From contig JBDHXF010000003.1 in the NCBI GenBank assembly GCA_039810585.1, positions 13,127-77,126 on the forward strand: 64,000 nt of DNA. Direction: 5' to 3'. The number at the start of each line of letters is the position of its first letter. The first letter of the stretch is position 1. The notes under the pieces are model-generated. The model searched no databases and was not told the origin of the DNA. It saw only the letters and a list, made by a program, of their open reading frames with translations. A program made the position numbers and the translations under genes. Origin of the DNA: Chlorobiota bacterium (GTDB taxonomy: Bacteria; Bacteroidota; Ignavibacteria; Kapaibacteriales; NICIL-2). Of this stretch, positions 1 through 10,002 are shown piece by piece.

Positions 1-971
1 GCAGATTCGAAGGGTACCACAAATTGATATTGGAAAAATCCCTGTGCACCGTAGGCACGATTCCATTGTTCGATGCCGTCCAGTGGATAAAAGAAAGGAC
101 GGTAATGAACACGATGTTCGGACTCGCGGCGAAACTGTCGATGATAGTACAACGCGCTCGCAAGACGCATCGTCCATTTGTTCATGGTAAACGAAGGGAA
201 GTCGAAGGGAACTACGAGACGCGAATTGTTGTCAGAATCAGGTGAAGACGCCTGGACGGCATCAACGAAGCTGCCACCCATGAAAATTCCTCGACCCATA
301 CGCGAGCCTGTTGCAGAGCAGTCGATCCAAGAAACCACGTAGGGGTAGATCTTGTCGGATTCGCGTGAGTGTTCCAGATATTCATCCACATGCTGAAATC
401 GAATGCTGTGTTGAAGAAGGTAAGGTGACGGTATGCGTATGAGTCGGAACTCAGCCCAGGTGATAATGCCGGTGAGTCCAAGTCCGCCGATCGTCGCACT
501 AAACCAATCGGGATTTTCAGTTGGCGAGCAGAGGATTCGCGAGCCGTCGGATCGAAGTAACTCAAAACAGATAACATGAGAGCCGAAGCTACCGGCACTG
601 TGATGATTTTTCCCGTGTACGTCGTTTGCGATCGCTCCGCCAACGCTCACCATTTGGGTTCCGGGTGTGACGGGGAGGAAAAGTCCACGAGGTACGATGA
701 GTGACAAAATCTCATCCAGTCTCACGCCCGCCTCACATCGTATCACAAGCTGTTGTTCATCCACGTTTAAAATCCGATGCATGGCTGTGCAATCGATGAG
801 CGTGCCATTCTCATTCAAACACGAGTCGCCATAACTGCGTCGGTATCCTACAGGCAGTACGCTGCCCTCAATCGAGCGAAAATCCGGGGTCTGGTCTGTC
901 CACGTCATACTCCGCACATCGGCGTGATGAACTTGCGGAGTACGTCCCCATGAACGGAGTGTCGTGATCAT
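1..971 (-). CDS. DprE1-like FAD-dependent oxidoreductase (decaprenylphosphoryl-beta-D-ribose 2'-oxidase homolog); 3' end lies beyond the window start
   Basis: Absent from the ORF track because no stop falls inside the window. Manual minus-strand translation from the ATG at complement 969-971 is open all the way to position 1: [14 protein letters not shown]...[12 protein letters not shown]...[33 protein letters not shown]...[10 protein letters not shown]...[20 protein letters not shown]. These blocks align with M. tuberculosis DprE1 ([65 protein letters not shown]). The start overlaps the stop of the upstream gene (ATGA at 968-971). Confidence 0.8.
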   Translation of the reverse strand, partial: [323 protein letters not shown]

Positions 972-2425
972 GGCAGAATGGAGGTGGAGACGGTGGAAAC
1001 GGCAACAATGACAAGACTCATCAGCGCTATAAGGTAGCTTACGCGATCCTCCATGGCAAACACGACCGGATCGTCGTGCATTTCTCCGCGATGAGCAATA
1101 AACCAAATACGCGTGATCCAATAGAGCAGGAGCGGCTCCAATAGCCACAATCGCATCGGATGCGCATACAGCTTGACCACGTCGGTAGAGTTGATATAGA
1201 GTGCCATCACCAGAACGGACATGTATCCCGCCGCTGTGCCCACAGACCGAAGGATATCACTGTCATGGACACTGTATCCGCGACCCGAGAGTTCGCTTCT
1301 TAACTCTGATTTCATTACCAAGAGCTCTGAATAGCGCTTCACAATAGCCAAACTCAGAAACATGAACATCGAAAAAGCGAGCATCCACGGAGATATTGCG
1401 ACATCGGCTGCGATCGCACCGCACAAAATTCTGTACACGTAGAGGCCGGCGAGAATAAGCACGTCGACAATCACCACTCTTTTCAAACTGAAGGAATACG
1501 CCGAAGTAATAAGGGCGTAGCACGCCAGAGCAAGCGTGAACCCCAGTCCAACACTGAGTGCCAATGCTGCTGACGCTATGAGGAGAATTGGAACCATCAT
1601 CAATCCGTGATGGACGGGAACTTGTCCCGATGCAAACGGTCGCAGCTTTTTTCGCGGATGTCGGCGATCGCTCTCGATATCCAAAAGGTCGTTCACGATA
1701 TACACAGCAGACGCGCAGAGACTAAACGCCGCGAACGCCTCGATTCCGCTGAGGATTTTTTGTAGGTCGAAGATCTTATGTGCCAGGAGCAACGGCAGAA
1801 ATATCAACAGGTTCTTGAGCCACTGGTGCATACGCAAGCAGCGCAGGTACGCTGCCACACCGGAGCCACGAGTGTAGAACACTCGCGCAAAGGGTCGTCC
1901 CAATGTGCGCTCCAACCCTGATGCGGGATTTACGGCGATAGCGTCGTGCGCTGCCTTCCATACAGGGAGATCCGCAGAGCGGTCGCCCACATAATCAAAC
2001 TCCTGATTGCCAATAAGTTCTCGAATGGCCTTAACCTTTGCTTCACCACCAATGTTCTCCTGCGAATCGGTTGCCAAGCAATCATCAAAGACGCCGAGGC
2101 GGTCGCACAATGGTTGAGCAATGCTGCGTAGCGACGCGGTTGCGAGTACACAACGTCTTCCTCGTGCATGTTCTTCACGTACAAAGGCAAGAACCTCGTC
2201 ATGTATAGGCACGGAACTGACGTCGGGTGTAGCAATGGCCGCTAAGCGCTGCTTCATGGCAACCTTGCCGTGGCGGTACCAGAGAGGGAGAGCAAACAGC
2301 GCCCAAGGACGTTGTTTCAGCACGAGAAGAATGGTTTCGTAGGTGACATCGGTTGCCAACAAGCTGAAGTCGAGGTCGACAATCAGAGGTCGCAAGGTCG
2401 ATTGGTCGGCTTGGTGTGCACTCAC
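968..2425 (-). CDS. Fusion protein: N-terminal HAD-family phosphatase domain plus C-terminal UbiA-family polyprenyl-phosphate prenyl/phosphoribosyl-transferase (DPPR-synthase-like)
   Basis: 485-aa ORF. The N-terminus carries HAD motif I (LIVDLDFSLLATDVTYE, DxD). The C-terminal half is multi-TM and carries the UbiA Asp-rich motif NDLLDIESDRRHPRKKLRPFASGQV. The stop TGA at 968-970 overlaps the ATG of the downstream DprE1-like gene. Confidence 0.75.
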   Translation of the reverse strand: MSAHQADQSTLRPLIVDLDFSLLATDVTYETILLVLKQRPWALFALPLWYRHGKVAMKQRLAAIATPDVSSVPIHDEVLAFVREEHARGRRCVLATASLRSIAQPLCDRLGVFDDCLATDSQENIGGEAKVKAIRELIGNQEFDYVGDRSADLPVWKAAHDAIAVNPASGLERTLGRPFARVFYTRGSGVAAYLRCLRMHQWLKNLLIFLPLLLAHKIFDLQKILSGIEAFAAFSLCASAVYIVNDLLDIESDRRHPRKKLRPFASGQVPVHHGLMMVPILLIASAALALSVGLGFTLALACYALITSAYSFSLKRVVIVDVLILAGLYVYRILCGAIAADVAISPWMLAFSMFMFLSLAIVKRYSELLVMKSELRSELSGRGYSVHDSDILRSVGTAAGYMSVLVMALYINSTDVVKLYAHPMRLWLLEPLLLYWITRIWFIAHRGEMHDDPVVFAMEDRVSYLIALMSLVIVAVSTVSTSILP

Positions 2426-2576
2426 GCGAAATTTAGAGAATGATACCTCTGAACGCTGATTCTTGGCACCGAACCAGAACCCTGCGAACCCACAAAACTA
2501 CGAAGGATTGGGGCTAAGGACGAAGAAGACCGTGATTTTGGACGCCGAAAACGGTACCCCAAACGCACTAGGTGTC

Positions 2577-3482
2577 TTAGTGAATCACTTCCAAGGGAAC
2601 CGTATAACTTCTCAACGAGCTCACAATGCGAACATAGTAGGTTCCGTTAGCGAGCGAAGAAACAGGCAGGACAAGATTGGCACCGTCTGAAGCTGTGCCC
2701 AATTCCAGACCTGCTGACAAAGCGTCCCCGACGACGCTCAAGACGCGCACGGATTGAATGGTCGGGTTGTCCTCCGGCAGTCGCATGTACGCGAAATCGG
2801 ACGCGGGATTTGGATAGCAAAGCACGGTGGCGTTATGCTTGGCCTCGTCGAGGACTGAGGTTTGAACCGCATTGCAGATGGCGTCGCTTCGGTGCGAGGC
2901 ATCGTACACACACACCATCTCGCCATCCTTGTAATGCATTTGAACAATCCAGACCGTCGATCCGGGAGGGAAAAGATCCGAATTCGTCTCGTCGGCATTA
3001 ACAAGCAGAAGTGTGTCCGCGCTGAGTGTTGGGTATTGAACGGCGATGGAAACAAAGGTATTGTTTTGTGCCAATGCGTACACAAGACTGTCGCTTTGAA
3101 TAACGTTTTCGTCAATACGCTCATGCATCACTTCTGCACTGTCGGCAGGAAGTTCTAAGGCCACGCAGTTGCCGGTGGTTTTTGACCGATACGCGAGAAC
3201 TGCTGCCGTGCGGTCATCCAAGTGCGAACGAAACGTGTATATCCACGCACTGGCGCTTGCGTTGCTAAAATCGAAATGAGAGCTGCCAATGATTTTGACA
3301 TTGGTCATTGTAAATGTAGCGGCTGCTGTTAACTCCGGAGCAGGAATGGTATCCATTGCCCTGAGTTTTGCGGCCTCAAAACAGGACTGTGACAATATCG
3401 GTGTGCCATCATCTTGTGCCCGGACGGCTGTACTCATGGTAAGAGAGAGAACCGTAGCAACAACTGTCATTGTGATTTTCAT
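2577..3482 (-). CDS. Secreted hypothetical protein with type-A T9SS C-terminal sorting domain
   Basis: N-terminal signal peptide (MKITMTVVATVLSLTMSTAVRAQ). The C-terminal ~80 aa read CYPNPASDFAYMRL...GTYYVRIVSSLRSYTVPLEVIH, which is typical of Por_Secre_tail. Confidence 0.6.
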   Translation of the reverse strand: MKITMTVVATVLSLTMSTAVRAQDDGTPILSQSCFEAAKLRAMDTIPAPELTAAATFTMTNVKIIGSSHFDFSNASASAWIYTFRSHLDDRTAAVLAYRSKTTGNCVALELPADSAEVMHERIDENVIQSDSLVYALAQNNTFVSIAVQYPTLSADTLLLVNADETNSDLFPPGSTVWIVQMHYKDGEMVCVYDASHRSDAICNAVQTSVLDEAKHNATVLCYPNPASDFAYMRLPEDNPTIQSVRVLSVVGDALSAGLELGTASDGANLVLPVSSLANGTYYVRIVSSLRSYTVPLEVIH

Positions 3483-3495
3483 AGGGTACCTTCAA

Positions 3496-3517
3496 TTGTA
3501 GTCGCACGAAACTACAA
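3496..3517. promoter_or_regulatory. 7-bp inverted repeat (TTGTAGT-n8-ACTACAA) in the divergent promoter region between the T9SS cargo gene and the BNR-repeat gene
   Basis: Seen directly in the sequence at 3496-3502 and 3511-3517, inside a 186-bp divergent intergenic region. Confidence 0.25.
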
Positions 3518-3668
3518 AGATTTCATTGCGACGCGGAGCAGCGAGCTTGACGGTGTGCGTATGTTCGTATGCTGTGGACAACGACGATAGCAGAAAGTGC
3601 TTGAAACACGCAGATCGTTTTCCAATCGTTGTCAGGAGTATGAATTCTTCGACACATTCCAACTTTTC

Positions 3669-6600
3669 ATGCGACACCATTCTACGTCCTCTTTCGCCTT
3701 CACTCGACCTTTGTCATTGTTTTTCACCCTTGCTCTTGTCCTTACGTGCTCGCCGACAAGCTATGCCCAGACGGATTTGCACGCATTGGATAGCGTCTTG
3801 CACTGGCGCAACATCGGACCCTACCGTGGCGGTCGATGTTTAGCAGTGGCCGGACACCCCAGTCAGCCTAGCACCTGGTATTTCGGTGCTACCGGAGGGG
3901 GAGTATGGAAAAGTACCGACGCAGGTAATGCATGGATCAACGTATCGGATGGCTACTTCCATATGAGCTCAGTTGGCGCTTTGGCGGTTGCGCCGAGTGA
4001 TGCACAAGTGTTGTACGCGGGCATGGGTGAAGCAGAAATTCGCGGTGACTGTGCAACCGGAGACGGCGTGTATCGCAGCACCGATGCGGGTGCCAGCTGG
4101 ATCCACGTTGGTCTGGAGAATACGAAGGCTATTGGCGCTCTGGCGATCGACCCTCGAAATGATCGCGTGGTATATGTGGCTGCTTTGGGCAATCCATTTC
4201 ATTCCAACCCGGAGCGTGGAGTGATGAAGACCACGGATGGCGGACAAAGTTGGCGAACAGTATTGTTTGCAGATGATACGACGGGCGCCATTGATGTACA
4301 GATCGATCCTCTCAACCCTCGAACCGTGTACGCCAGTACCTGGAGCGCACAACGCACCCCCTTTAGTTTGTCTAGCGGAGGACACAGCTGCTCGCTGTGG
4401 AAGTCCACCGATGAAGGCGAACACTGGACTAATCTCTCGATGAACGAGGGCATGCCCACCGGAATTCGCGGCAAGATTTGCATCGCTGTCAGCCGCGCTC
4501 AGTCCGGCTTGGTATGGGCCATGATCGAGAACGAACGAGGAGGGCTCTATAAGTCGGATAACGGGGGGAAGAGCTGGACGAGAGTAAATCAAGATAAGAA
4601 TATACGTCAGCGACCATGGTACTTTTCCCGTGTCTATGCCGACCCCATGAATCCCGACGTTGTCTATGTTCTAAATGTTGGGTGGTATCGAAGTAAAGAT
4701 GCCGGCAAGAGTTTTCAGGGTATGCGATCGAAGCATGGAGATCATCATGCACTTTGGATCGACCCAACAAACCCGGAACGGATGATACTTGGGGACGACG
4801 GCAGTGCCTGTGTAAGCTACAATGGGGGAGAAACGTGGACAGATCAGGATATCCCAACAGGACAGTTCTATCATGTAAATCTGGACAATCAGTTTCCGTA
4901 TCGCATTTACGGAGCGCAACAGGACAATTCACCGGTGTGCATAAGTAGTCGCAGCTTTCGGGGAAGTATCGGAACTCGCGACTGGTTTCCGGCAGCAGGT
5001 GGTGAAAGTGGCTTTGTCGTCCCGCACCCACAAAAGCCTTGGGTGATTTTTGGAGGTAACTACGGCGGTTTCCTTGAGCGGATGAACACGAAAATTGAAC
5101 AAGGGCAGGATGTGTCCGTGTCTCCCGAAAACTGTATAGGAGAGGCGCCAAAACATTTAAAGGAGCGTTTTCAATGGACCTATCCTATCGTGTTTTCGCC
5201 GCACGACAGTAGCACCCTGTATGTGTGTTCACAACACGTGTGGCGCTCGACCAACGAAGGCGATAGCTGGACGCGAATTAGTGATGACCTCACGCGAAAC
5301 GACACAACGAAGGAGATTGCCTCGGGTGGCCCGATTACCAAGGACAATACCGGAGTGGAGGTCTATTGCACGGTATTTGCCTTTGCTGAGTCTCCGCTAA
5401 AAGCCGGTGTGCTTTGGGCGGGGAGCGACGACGGTCTCGTCCATGTCAGTACCGACAACGGTAATCACTGGGTGGACGTGACGCCCAAAATCATTCCCGA
5501 GTGGTCGCTTATTTCGACGATCGAAGCCTCTGCTTTCGATCCTGCGACTGCGTACGTGGCGGCAACACGCTACAAAGTGGGTGACAATACTCCCTACCTC
5601 CTAAAGACAACGGATTACGGAAAGACTTGGGCTCTCATCACTCAGGGTATTCCCGCTACTGCATTTTGCCGTGTGATTCGTGAGGATCCTGTCGATCGTG
5701 GTTTACTCTTCTGCGGGACTGAATATGGCGTGTACTGCTCACTAAATGACGGCTTGAGCTGGATGTCGTTGCAGACCAATCTACCAGTGTGTCCGGTGCA
5801 TGACTTGGCGATTCAGCACCGTGAAGGAGACTTGGTGGCAGCTACACACGGTCGTGCATTTTGGATTTTAGACGACTTATCCGTGCTTAGACAATACCGC
5901 GATTCACTCAAAGACCAACGTCTCGAGCTGATGAAACCTCGTCGTACATACCTTCTCTCCAATGGCTCCTATTCCTACCCGGGCATGGAAAGTGGCCAGA
6001 ACGCGCCGTCGGGTGTGCAATTCACCTACTATTTATCGGACACTACTGCCGCAGAGATTCAACTGGACATTCTGGATGAACACGAAACCGTGCTTCGGCA
6101 CTTCTCGTCTCTCAAGGACGAAAAAGGCGAGGAACAGAAAGTCTCCGCCGAATTCTATCGTTCGCCATCCTCCCATCCCTCGGGGTTGCTGCCTCATCAA
6201 AAAGGCATGAACAGGTTTGTATGGGATATGTGTCGTGCTGACATCACGGAAGTGCCCGGAGCGGTCTATTGGTTTGGTGGCCCCAACGGCATTGGTGTTC
6301 CACCGGGTACCTACCGCGCTCGATTACGTTGGTTGAACCATCAGTCAACGCAAGAGTTCAGCATCGTCAAAGATCCTCGCCTCAGTACGACGGCGGCCGA
6401 CTTTGAGGCGCAGTATGACTTGGGGAAGCGAATTCAAACGTTGGCGGATTCCTTGAACCGCAGTATCAATCACATGTCGGAGATCAAGGGTGCTGTGCAA
6501 CAGTGGGTGTCGCGCGCGTCGGAGCTAAAGGATAGCGTCGATCAGAAGCGATTGAAAGATGCCGCCAAGAAGTTAAGCGACACGCTGAGTTCTATCGAGT

Positions 6601-6869
6601 CGGAGTGCATTGAGCGTCGCGCCAAAGCCGGTCAGGACGCATTGAACTACCCGCTGAAGCTCAATAACAAGATTCTGGCGCTGAAGAGTACGGTCTATTC
6701 GGCAGATGCACGGCCAACGAAGCAAGCCTACGATAGTTTTGACGACCTTTCCCGTCGTATAAATCTACAGCTCGCACGATTGGACATAGTGTTGTCCAAG
6801 GATCTGCCTGCATTCAACGCCTTAATCCACGAGCTGAATCTGCCGGCCATTCCGCCCGACAAAAAATAA
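3669..6869 (+). CDS. Secreted BNR/Asp-box repeat beta-propeller protein (sortilin/Vps10- or GH74-like), ~1066 aa
   Basis: Eleven Asp-box motifs (S/TxDxGxxW): STDAGNAW, STDAGASW, TTDGGQSW, STDEGEHW, SDNGGKSW, SKDAGKSF, YNGGETW, STNEGDSW, STDNGNHW, TTDYGKTW, LNDGLSW. I chose the ATG at 3669 as the start because it immediately precedes a signal peptide (MRHH...LVLTCSPTSYAQ); the track's GTG start at 3597 is less likely. Confidence 0.6.
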   Translation: MRHHSTSSFAFTRPLSLFFTLALVLTCSPTSYAQTDLHALDSVLHWRNIGPYRGGRCLAVAGHPSQPSTWYFGATGGGVWKSTDAGNAWINVSDGYFHMSSVGALAVAPSDAQVLYAGMGEAEIRGDCATGDGVYRSTDAGASWIHVGLENTKAIGALAIDPRNDRVVYVAALGNPFHSNPERGVMKTTDGGQSWRTVLFADDTTGAIDVQIDPLNPRTVYASTWSAQRTPFSLSSGGHSCSLWKSTDEGEHWTNLSMNEGMPTGIRGKICIAVSRAQSGLVWAMIENERGGLYKSDNGGKSWTRVNQDKNIRQRPWYFSRVYADPMNPDVVYVLNVGWYRSKDAGKSFQGMRSKHGDHHALWIDPTNPERMILGDDGSACVSYNGGETWTDQDIPTGQFYHVNLDNQFPYRIYGAQQDNSPVCISSRSFRGSIGTRDWFPAAGGESGFVVPHPQKPWVIFGGNYGGFLERMNTKIEQGQDVSVSPENCIGEAPKHLKERFQWTYPIVFSPHDSSTLYVCSQHVWRSTNEGDSWTRISDDLTRNDTTKEIASGGPITKDNTGVEVYCTVFAFAESPLKAGVLWAGSDDGLVHVSTDNGNHWVDVTPKIIPEWSLISTIEASAFDPATAYVAATRYKVGDNTPYLLKTTDYGKTWALITQGIPATAFCRVIREDPVDRGLLFCGTEYGVYCSLNDGLSWMSLQTNLPVCPVHDLAIQHREGDLVAATHGRAFWILDDLSVLRQYRDSLKDQRLELMKPRRTYLLSNGSYSYPGMESGQNAPSGVQFTYYLSDTTAAEIQLDILDEHETVLRHFSSLKDEKGEEQKVSAEFYRSPSSHPSGLLPHQKGMNRFVWDMCRADITEVPGAVYWFGGPNGIGVPPGTYRARLRWLNHQSTQEFSIVKDPRLSTTAADFEAQYDLGKRIQTLADSLNRSINHMSEIKGAVQQWVSRASELKDSVDQKRLKDAAKKLSDTLSSIESECIERRAKAGQDALNYPLKLNNKILALKSTVYSADARPTKQAYDSFDDLSRRINLQLARLDIVLSKDLPAFNALIHELNLPAIPPDKK

Positions 6870-6891
6870 GCCTCAACTGCATGGACAAAGA

Positions 6892-6951
6892 AAAGGGCTG
6901 TCTCAAAGGCCATGCGTGCACATGGTATTCGAGAACAGCCCTTTATGTTTT
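6892..6951 (+). terminator. Intrinsic terminator downstream of the BNR-repeat gene
   Basis: The stem AAAGGGCTGTCTC pairs with GAGAACAGCCCTTT around an internal CCATGCGTGCACATGG palindrome and is followed by ATGTTTT. Confidence 0.45.
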
Positions 6952-6999
6952 GAGGAGGATTGAGAAGCCTCCCGGTGAATTCCGAACAAGCTTCAATGC

Positions 7000-8592
7000 C
7001 TAGGCCTTCATGGCATTTTTGACGGCATCTTCGACCGCATCGGCAAACTGTGTAAAGTTGTTTTCAAACAATTCCACAAGGTGCTTAGCCTTAGCGTCGT
7101 ATGCGGCCTTGTCTGCCCATGTATTCTTTGGATTCAGGATTTCCGCTGGCACGCCTTCGCAGGCCGTTGGGATGTTGAGATTGAAGTACTCATCCTTTAC
7201 AAAGCTTGCTGAATCAAGTGCGCCACTGAGAGCAGCGCGCAACAGCGCGCGTGTATAAGAAATCTTCATACGAGAACCCACGCCATAGGGACCTCCGCTC
7301 CAACCGGTGTTGACCAAGTACACTTGCGCGTTGTGATCGTTGATGCGCTTGCGAAGTAAGTTGGCGTAGACGGAAGGGTGGTGCACCATGAAGGGCGCGC
7401 CAAAGCAGGTAGAGAAGGTAGCAGATGGCTCTTTGACACCTGCTTCAGTTCCGGCAACTTTAGCGGTGTAGCCGCTCAGGAAGTGGAACATGGCTTGCTC
7501 CGGTGTCAGCTTCGCGATCGGTGGCATCACGCCGAAGGCATCGCAAGTCAGAAAGATTACGTTCTTCGGGTGGCCTGCTTTGTTGTCGGCGATAATATTG
7601 GGGATGACGTCTCTCGAGTACGAGGCGCGAGTGTTTTCTGTAATGGCCTGGCTGTCGAGATCGATCACACGCGTGTTGGCATCGTACACCACGTTTTCCA
7701 AAACGGTCCCAAAGGTGCGGGTCGTTTGGTAAATAATGGGTTCTGCTTCGGCCGACAGGTTAATCACTTTCGCATAGCACCCACCTTCAAAGTTGAAGAC
7801 GCCGCTGTTGCTCCAGCCATGCTCGTCGTCGCCAATCAATCCACGTTCGGGATCTGTTGACAGCGTGGTTTTTCCGGTACCGGACAATCCAAAGAACAAG
7901 GCTACGTCGCCGGCTTTGCCAACATTGGCAGAGCAGTGCATCGGGAACACATCTTGCAAAGGAAGGATGTAATTAAGAACGGTGAAAATGGATTTCTTCA
8001 TTTCGCCGGCATACGATGTTCCACCAATAAGAACCAGCTTTTGGTCGAAACTCAACAAGATGAATTTGTTCGATTGCGTGCCGTCGATTGCCGGATCCGC
8101 TTGAAAATTCGGGGCGTGAATGATCGTGAAGCCCGGAGCGAAGTTTTGCAGTTCTTGTTCTGTTGCGTCAATGAACATGTTCTTGCAAAACATATTGTGC
8201 CATGCATGCTCATTGATCACACGTACCGGCAAACGGTATGATGTGTCGGCACCGGCCATACAGTCCAGAACATACATGTTGCGACCTTGCATATACGCCA
8301 ACACGCGGTTCTTGAGGGCGTTGAACTTCTCGCTGGATATGGGTTTGTTTACTTTACCCCACCAAACATTGGAACGGCTGCTTTCTTCTTCTACGATAAA
8401 CTTGTCGTTTGCACTACGGCCCGTATTTGGTGCAGTATTGCACAAGAGGGCACCGTGTTCTGAAATTTCTGCTTCGCCAAGGATCACCGCGTGTTCATAC
8501 AGTTCGGCTGTGGTGAGATTGTAAAAAATATCGCCCGGTTGCGTGAACCCCTGATCATGCAACGACGAGCTGATGGATTCCGCTGAACTCAT
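7000..8592 (-). CDS. pckA: Phosphoenolpyruvate carboxykinase (ATP)
   Basis: 530 aa with the kinase-1a P-loop GLSGTGKTTLS and overall PckA-ATP architecture. Confidence 0.93.
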   Translation of the reverse strand: MSSAESISSSLHDQGFTQPGDIFYNLTTAELYEHAVILGEAEISEHGALLCNTAPNTGRSANDKFIVEEESSRSNVWWGKVNKPISSEKFNALKNRVLAYMQGRNMYVLDCMAGADTSYRLPVRVINEHAWHNMFCKNMFIDATEQELQNFAPGFTIIHAPNFQADPAIDGTQSNKFILLSFDQKLVLIGGTSYAGEMKKSIFTVLNYILPLQDVFPMHCSANVGKAGDVALFFGLSGTGKTTLSTDPERGLIGDDEHGWSNSGVFNFEGGCYAKVINLSAEAEPIIYQTTRTFGTVLENVVYDANTRVIDLDSQAITENTRASYSRDVIPNIIADNKAGHPKNVIFLTCDAFGVMPPIAKLTPEQAMFHFLSGYTAKVAGTEAGVKEPSATFSTCFGAPFMVHHPSVYANLLRKRINDHNAQVYLVNTGWSGGPYGVGSRMKISYTRALLRAALSGALDSASFVKDEYFNLNIPTACEGVPAEILNPKNTWADKAAYDAKAKHLVELFENNFTQFADAVEDAVKNAMKA

Positions 8593-8890
8593 GGTATCTC
8601 GCGCTTAAAGTGAAACAATTGATAAGTTTTGTGTACAAATATCGCGGTTTTTGTAGTGCCTTGTGGCGCTTTTTTGTCCACCGATTGGTCTGAAATTGCT
8701 CTCAGCGTAGCATCCTCCGCCACAGTTGTCGCGGAACAGCTCGGTGTGTGGCTCCGGTGTTCGCCTTGGATTCTTCTTACACGCCCGCCTTCGGCGGCGG
8801 GGTGTATTTTGCCGTCCGGCAGGCTAGGGCAGTGCGGAGCGTTGCCCGCAGATCACAACTATTTCTCCTCGGCATACGTCACATTGCTGT

Positions 8891-9931
8891 ATGGATTCCA
8901 CCCCTCAAAGCCTCATCTCCCGCAAGCAACAGCACGTTGAACTCTGTGTGCAGGAAGATGTTCGATTTCGTCATAAAACAACCGGACTCGAACGCATCGA
9001 TTTGGAGTACTGCGCGCTTCCGGAAATCGATGCATCCGATGTTCAAAGCTCCACAGAATTATTAGGAAAACAGCTCAGCATACCGTTGATCATCAGTGGA
9101 ATGACGGGTGGGTATGAGGGCGCAGAACGCATCAATGCCGAACTGGCGGAGGTCTGCGAAGAAAAGGGTATTGCCATGGGTGTGGGTTCGCAACGACAGG
9201 CTTTGTTGAGCGAGCGCTTTCACGAGAGTTATCGAGCGGTGCGACGCTTTGCTCCGAGCATCGCCGTCATTTCTAACATAGGTGCCACGGAACTGGTGCA
9301 GGGTCAGGACTGGCGTTCGCTGCAGCGTGTCTGCGCATTAGTTCAAGCAAATGCACTGGCGGTGCATCTTAATCCTTTGCAAGAACTCTTGCAGCCTGAG
9401 GGGACACCGAAGTTTCGAGGCGTGTTGAAAGCGATAGCGCGACTGGTGCGTGAGTCGGACATTCCGATAATCGTCAAGGAAGTTGGCGCGGGTATCTCAG
9501 CTGCCGTTGCGAAACGTTTGCTCGAGGCAGGGGTACGCTATATCGATGTGGCCGGCGCCGGTGGAACGTCATGGTCCGGTGTTGAATTGTTGCGATCCGA
9601 AACCAAACATTTGGATGAGCTTTGGGACGCCGGCATTCCGACTGCTGAGTGTTTAGATCAGATTCGGCCGCTCAAGCAACATTCTAACTTGCAACTAATT
9701 GCGTCGGGAGGTATTCAATCCGGGTTCGAAATAGCAAAGTGTATCGCACTTGGTGCCGATATTGCAGGCTCTGCGCGTCCGCTTCTCCGAACTTTGGTCA
9801 GTGATGGTCAGGACGGTTTACGTTTGCTCATTGAGCAATGGTCTGACCAGCTCCGTGCCCAGATGTTTGCGTGCGGTGTTGCTTCCATAAGCGCGTTACA
9901 GACGGTCAGCTGGACGGAACGCAGAGCTTAA
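8891..9931 (+). CDS. fni: Isopentenyl-diphosphate delta-isomerase, type 2 (FMN-dependent)
   Basis: 346 aa. The N-terminus (SRKQQHVELC...TGLERIDLEYCALPEID...IPLIISGMTGG) matches IDI-2. Confidence 0.85.
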   Translation: MDSTPQSLISRKQQHVELCVQEDVRFRHKTTGLERIDLEYCALPEIDASDVQSSTELLGKQLSIPLIISGMTGGYEGAERINAELAEVCEEKGIAMGVGSQRQALLSERFHESYRAVRRFAPSIAVISNIGATELVQGQDWRSLQRVCALVQANALAVHLNPLQELLQPEGTPKFRGVLKAIARLVRESDIPIIVKEVGAGISAAVAKRLLEAGVRYIDVAGAGGTSWSGVELLRSETKHLDELWDAGIPTAECLDQIRPLKQHSNLQLIASGGIQSGFEIAKCIALGADIAGSARPLLRTLVSDGQDGLRLLIEQWSDQLRAQMFACGVASISALQTVSWTERRA

Positions 9932-10002
9932 ATAACAGACTGTGCCTTGTACGGCAGTGCAAGGGGACTTTGAACACTGCCGCGACTTTTGCTTTCCCTT
10001 CG

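Noticed and set aside
212-643. Track ORF (143 aa, minus strand)
   Set aside because: No recognisable fold, and it lies out of frame inside the well-supported DprE1-like reading frame. Likely a frame shadow.
1263-8524. Numerous 60-160-aa ORFs overlapping or antisense to pckA, the UbiA fusion and the BNR protein (e.g. 1263-1523, 3973-4224, 4489-5151, 7378-7860, 8120-8524)
   Set aside because: They are embedded in genes with strong family signatures, have a biased or low-complexity composition (Arg/Ser/Cys-rich), and show no motifs. Typical GC-rich frame shadows.
9871-10002. Long N-terminal version of the polyprenyl synthase overlapping fni
   Set aside because: The extension is Cys/Arg-rich and non-conserved. 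MPPPLSQTEQ at 10003 gives a normal-length synthase without overlap.
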